Of a DNA stretch of 64,000 nt, positions 60,701 through 64,000 are shown piece by piece. Source of the stretch: Nitrospirota bacterium (GTDB lineage: Bacteria; Nitrospirota; UBA9217); assembly GCA_963818475.1 (NCBI GenBank), contig CAWFSF010000005.1, forward strand, positions 608,001 through 672,000, read 5' to 3'. Every line of letters begins with the position of its first letter. Within the stretch, counting starts at the first letter, position 1. The position numbers and the translations under genes were made by a program. Under the pieces are notes generated by a model. The model was not told where the DNA came from. It did no database searches and saw nothing but the letters and a program-made list of their open reading frames with translations.

Positions 60701-62353
60701 TCACCCCTTCTTCGCCGCTTCCGCAACCGTCTTCTCATCACCAACCATGCCCGAAATATCCTCAAACGCGCTCATGGCGGCCGTCGATCCCTGGCCCACG
60801 GCGACGACGATCTGCTTCAAGCCGCCCGTGATGTCGCCGGCAGCATAGATGCCGGGCACGGACGTCCGCATCGTGGTCAGGTCCACCTTGACATACCCTT
60901 CTTCGTCGAGCTCCAGACCGAGGTTCTTTGCGATCTCGTTGTTCGGCACGTAGCCGATCGCGATGAACACGCCGTCGACCTGCATATCCGTGAGCGTCTT
61001 TGCTGTCTTGTCCTCGATCTTGACTGACTTAACGATCTTGTCTCCGATGATCTCGCGCACCTCGCTGTTCCAGAGGACCGGAATGCCGGACTGCTTCAGA
61101 CTTTCCTGCAGACGCGCTTCGGCCTTCAGCGTCTCGCGCCAGTGCACCAGCGTTACTTTGGCGCCAAGGTTGTGCAGGTAGAGCGCGTCGGCCACGGCCG
61201 TGTTCCCGCCGCCGACCACGATCACCTTTTTGCCGTCCTTGAAAAAATAACCGTCGCAGGTGGCGCAGTAGCTCACGCCCCTGCCATAAAAGCGCTTCTC
61301 GCCCGTCACCCCCAGGACGCGGGGGTCGGCGCCGGTAGTGAGCAGGACTCCTTTGGCAATATAGATGGCCCGGCTCGTTTTGACGTGAAAGCCGTCGGCT
61401 TCGCGCGCGATCTCTTTCACGATCTCTCCGACATGGATATCGGCGTACTGCGCGGCCTGCTGGGCCATAAGGTCCACCAGGCTTTTGCCGCCGATCCGCA
61501 TATAGCCGGGATAGTTCTCGACAACAGGCGTGATCGCGACCTGGCCACCCAGCGCGGTCTTTTCAAGAACGATGGTCTTAAGACCCGAGCGCACGCTGTA
61601 GATCGCTGCGGTGAGCCCTGCCGGTCCGCCGCCGATGATCACCAGGTCTTTTTTTACGGGCTCGCCCGGCGTCAGCTCTTCGGTCATATAGACCGGCTCC
61701 TTCAAGGTCATCAGGGTCTCTACGAAGATCTCTTCGGGCTGGAGCCCTGCGCCGGTGAACGTGCTGTTGATGAAGGTCTGCGGTACGGCAAGCGAACCGA
61801 GCGCTTCCGCCAGGTCCTGGTTCTCGTAGATCTCGACCGCGTCGGCCGAGATCATGGCCGGATTGACGATCGCTGCGGAAAAGGCGGACAGGACCTGCTG
61901 CGGACAGTAGGGGCAGGTGGGGCTCACGAAAACCTGGATGTCCCGTTTTTCTTTAAGCCCGGAGATCTTTTCCATGGCCTCTGCGGAGAGGATAGTCTTC
62001 CCCGTCGAGGCCATCATGATCGAGATCAGCAGGGAGCGCCCCTCTTCGCCGTGCGGGGTGCCGGTATAGCGGAGCCGGTACTTGTCCGGCGCGATCAGGA
62101 CCGTGGGGGACCGCAGGGCATTGCGCTTGACCGACAGTTCATCTCCCACGACGTGGAAGCTCGCCTTGATCTTGTCGGTCAGCCCTGCCAGGACCTTGAT
62201 GAGCGCAACCGTTGCGGAGTTGAACTGGTCGTTCACGCCTCGCAGCGTATAGACCTCGATCAGGACCTCGTCCTTCAATTCCTTGAAAAAGGTCTCTTTG
62301 ATGGCGTTCTGTACGTCAACAGGGATCAGTTCTTCAGCCATGATGTTCACCAC
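60701..62353 (-). CDS. Thioredoxin reductase with N-terminal AhpF-like thioredoxin domains
   Basis: CPYC; GGGPAGL; GVSYCATCDG; GGGNTA; AAGD. Confidence 0.88.
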   Translation of the reverse strand: MVNIMAEELIPVDVQNAIKETFFKELKDEVLIEVYTLRGVNDQFNSATVALIKVLAGLTDKIKASFHVVGDELSVKRNALRSPTVLIAPDKYRLRYTGTPHGEEGRSLLISIMMASTGKTILSAEAMEKISGLKEKRDIQVFVSPTCPYCPQQVLSAFSAAIVNPAMISADAVEIYENQDLAEALGSLAVPQTFINSTFTGAGLQPEEIFVETLMTLKEPVYMTEELTPGEPVKKDLVIIGGGPAGLTAAIYSVRSGLKTIVLEKTALGGQVAITPVVENYPGYMRIGGKSLVDLMAQQAAQYADIHVGEIVKEIAREADGFHVKTSRAIYIAKGVLLTTGADPRVLGVTGEKRFYGRGVSYCATCDGYFFKDGKKVIVVGGGNTAVADALYLHNLGAKVTLVHWRETLKAEARLQESLKQSGIPVLWNSEVREIIGDKIVKSVKIEDKTAKTLTDMQVDGVFIAIGYVPNNEIAKNLGLELDEEGYVKVDLTTMRTSVPGIYAAGDITGGLKQIVVAVGQGSTAAMSAFEDISGMVGDEKTVAEAAKKG

Positions 62354-62401
62354 CCTCCCAACTCCGAATTCCTGACAATCGACCCTTGCTACTTGCTACT
62401 A

Positions 62402-62963
62402 TTACTTAATCCTCTGCGATACCTTTTTAAACTCATCGGTGCCCGCCACTTTGAGCAGCTGGAACAGCACCGTCTCGGTGCAGGTAATGACCGCCCCTGC
62501 TTCGCGCATGAATTCGATGCCCGTTTTCCAGTTCGCTTTCGTGCGCGAACAGATCGCGTCCTGCACCACATGCACGTTCATGCCGCCCTTCAGCAGCCCG
62601 AGGCAGGTCTGCAGCACGCAGATGTGCGTTTCCATGCCGGTGAGGACCACGGTGTTCCGGTTGTGGTCTTTCAGCTCCGGCAGGAAGGTCGGCTGGCCGC
62701 AGCAGTCAAAGGTCATTTTCTCGATTGGCCGGTAGTAGGGCAGCGTTGCCTGGAGCTCCGGCACGGTCTTGCCGAGGCCCTTCGGATACTGTTCGGTCAC
62801 CACCACCGGGAGGTCGATCATTTTGGCAAGCTCGATCAGATGCTGGTTGTTCTTCACCACCTGCGTCTTTCTGTCCCATTACCGCTGCCAGCCGCTCCTG
62901 GATATCGACGATAAGCAGCACCGCATTTTCCTTCTCAAGCGAGAACTTATCGAGTAATTGCAT
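62402..62963 (-). CDS. Isochorismatase-family hydrolase (frameshift near 62865)
   Basis: LLIVDIQERL; TEQYPKGLG; GMETHICVLQT. Confidence 0.85.
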
Positions 62964-63195
62964 CTCATCCTTTCCTGTTTAAACTTGTCCTGTCGGGAAT
63001 TCCCGGCGGTTGAAACAGCCGCCTGCCTTTCGGACGTTATTACGCAATCCGCATTCCGAAATCCGCATTTTTAATATTATCACAGCTGAATTCGGAGCAC
63101 AACCGGTATGTATTTCATGATGAAAGTCCCGGCATTTTCAGGTACAATCATACTCACGCGATGGAACTAATTACGATACCAGGCTGTCTAATAGA

Positions 63196-63807
63196 ATGAG
63201 CGGGCAAACACCAACGGACGATGACGCCGAACTGGTGGCCTTGTCCCAAAAGGGCGACCTGGGCGCATTCGAGCAGCTCGTGCGGAGGCACCAGAAGAAG
63301 ATGTTCAACATCGCCTTCAGGATAGCCGGAGACCACGATGATGCGTCCGAGATCGTGCAGGACGCCTTTGTGGCCGCTTTCCGGGGCATCGGAAAATTCC
63401 GCGGGGCTTCGCGCTTTACGACCTGGCTCACCACGATCACCATCAATCAGGCGCGGAACAGGCTGAAACAGGTGCGGTCACGCCGGCTCCATGAGGTCAA
63501 TTCCCTGGACCGCCCCATCGAAACAGGAGACGGACCGATCATGGCCGACCCGCCGTCACAGGCAGCCTCGGTCCTCGATCAGCTGGAGCAGCGCGATCTG
63601 CGGGAAAAGGTGCAGGAGTGCATTGCAGCGCTCGAACCGGATTTCCGGGAAGTGATCGTGCTCCGGGACCTGCAGGAATTTTCCTATGACGAGATCGGCA
63701 CGATGCTCACGGTTGCTGCCGGGACAGTGAAGTCCCGGCTCTTCCGGGCGCGCGAAGCAGTGAAGGAATGTTTGAAAAGGGCATGGGGAGCATTCAATGA
63801 ACCATAG
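63196..63807 (+). CDS. ECF RNA polymerase sigma-70 factor
   Basis: DASEIVQDAF, FTTWL, SYDEI..GTVKSRLFRAR. Confidence 0.92.
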   Translation: MSGQTPTDDDAELVALSQKGDLGAFEQLVRRHQKKMFNIAFRIAGDHDDASEIVQDAFVAAFRGIGKFRGASRFTTWLTTITINQARNRLKQVRSRRLHEVNSLDRPIETGDGPIMADPPSQAASVLDQLEQRDLREKVQECIAALEPDFREVIVLRDLQEFSYDEIGTMLTVAAGTVKSRLFRAREAVKECLKRAWGAFNEP

Positions 63808-64000
63808 CGAAATCCGTCATATGCTGTCCGAGTATATCGACGACGCTGTCTCACCCGGGGACCGGACTGCTATTGAAGAGCACCTCAAGACCTGCGAGAA
63901 ATGCAGCGCCGCGCTCAAGGAACTTCGGCAGACCGTTGCCGTCATCAGGTCCGTAGAAGAGATAGACCCTCCGGCCTGGATGACGCAGAAGATCATGGCA
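63797..64000 (+). CDS. zf-HC2 anti-sigma factor, partial
   Basis: MNHSEIRHMLSEYIDD...EEHLKTCEKC (HxxxCxxC), overlapping the sigma stop. Confidence 0.85.
   Translation, partial: MNHSEIRHMLSEYIDDAVSPGDRTAIEEHLKTCEKCSAALKELRQTVAVIRSVEEIDPPAWMTQKIMA

Noticed and set aside
45650-62870. Single frameshifts in four genes as programmed frameshifting or phase variation
   Set aside because: They are most simply sequencing indels; only the G-run near 60140 is a plausible slippage tract, and it cannot be judged without reads

Overview
This is a bacterial chromosome window, probably Nitrospirota or deltaproteobacteria-like (inference from gene order and style), with scattered indel frameshifts that suggest an imperfectly polished long-read assembly. 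Housekeeping blocks are rlmN; mrcA-ileS-lspA-lgt-rluD; a macro-domain gene; a LemA/TPM plus TetR-TolC-RND-MacAB efflux operon; an AhpF/TrxB-like reductase; an isochorismatase; and an ECF sigma/anti-sigma pair. Between them lie two Rhs/YD polymorphic toxin loci (about 0.6-7.6 kb and 18.5-36 kb) and three large secreted repeat proteins. The strongest signal is that most Rhs toxin/immunity cassette boundaries carry an end of a Y1 (HUH, RAYT-like) transposase element capped by GGGG(A/T)C. One intact transposase is flanked by 23-bp inverted repeats. The same transposase-5'-end/Rhs-core junction is duplicated in front of two orphan Rhs modules. A transposase-derived element of about 750-990 bp lies downstream of the immunity gene at both loci. 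Together these suggest a HUH-transposase-linked toxin-cassette shuffling system (hypothesis). Other notable items are a signal-peptide Rhs operon with a 13-Cys tip, an L,D-transpeptidase-like tip in the frameshifted locus, several families of palindromic short-tandem-repeat elements at gene junctions, a 12-kb operon copy collapsed to about 330 bp, and a promoter/leader of about 290 bp shared by secreted-protein genes.
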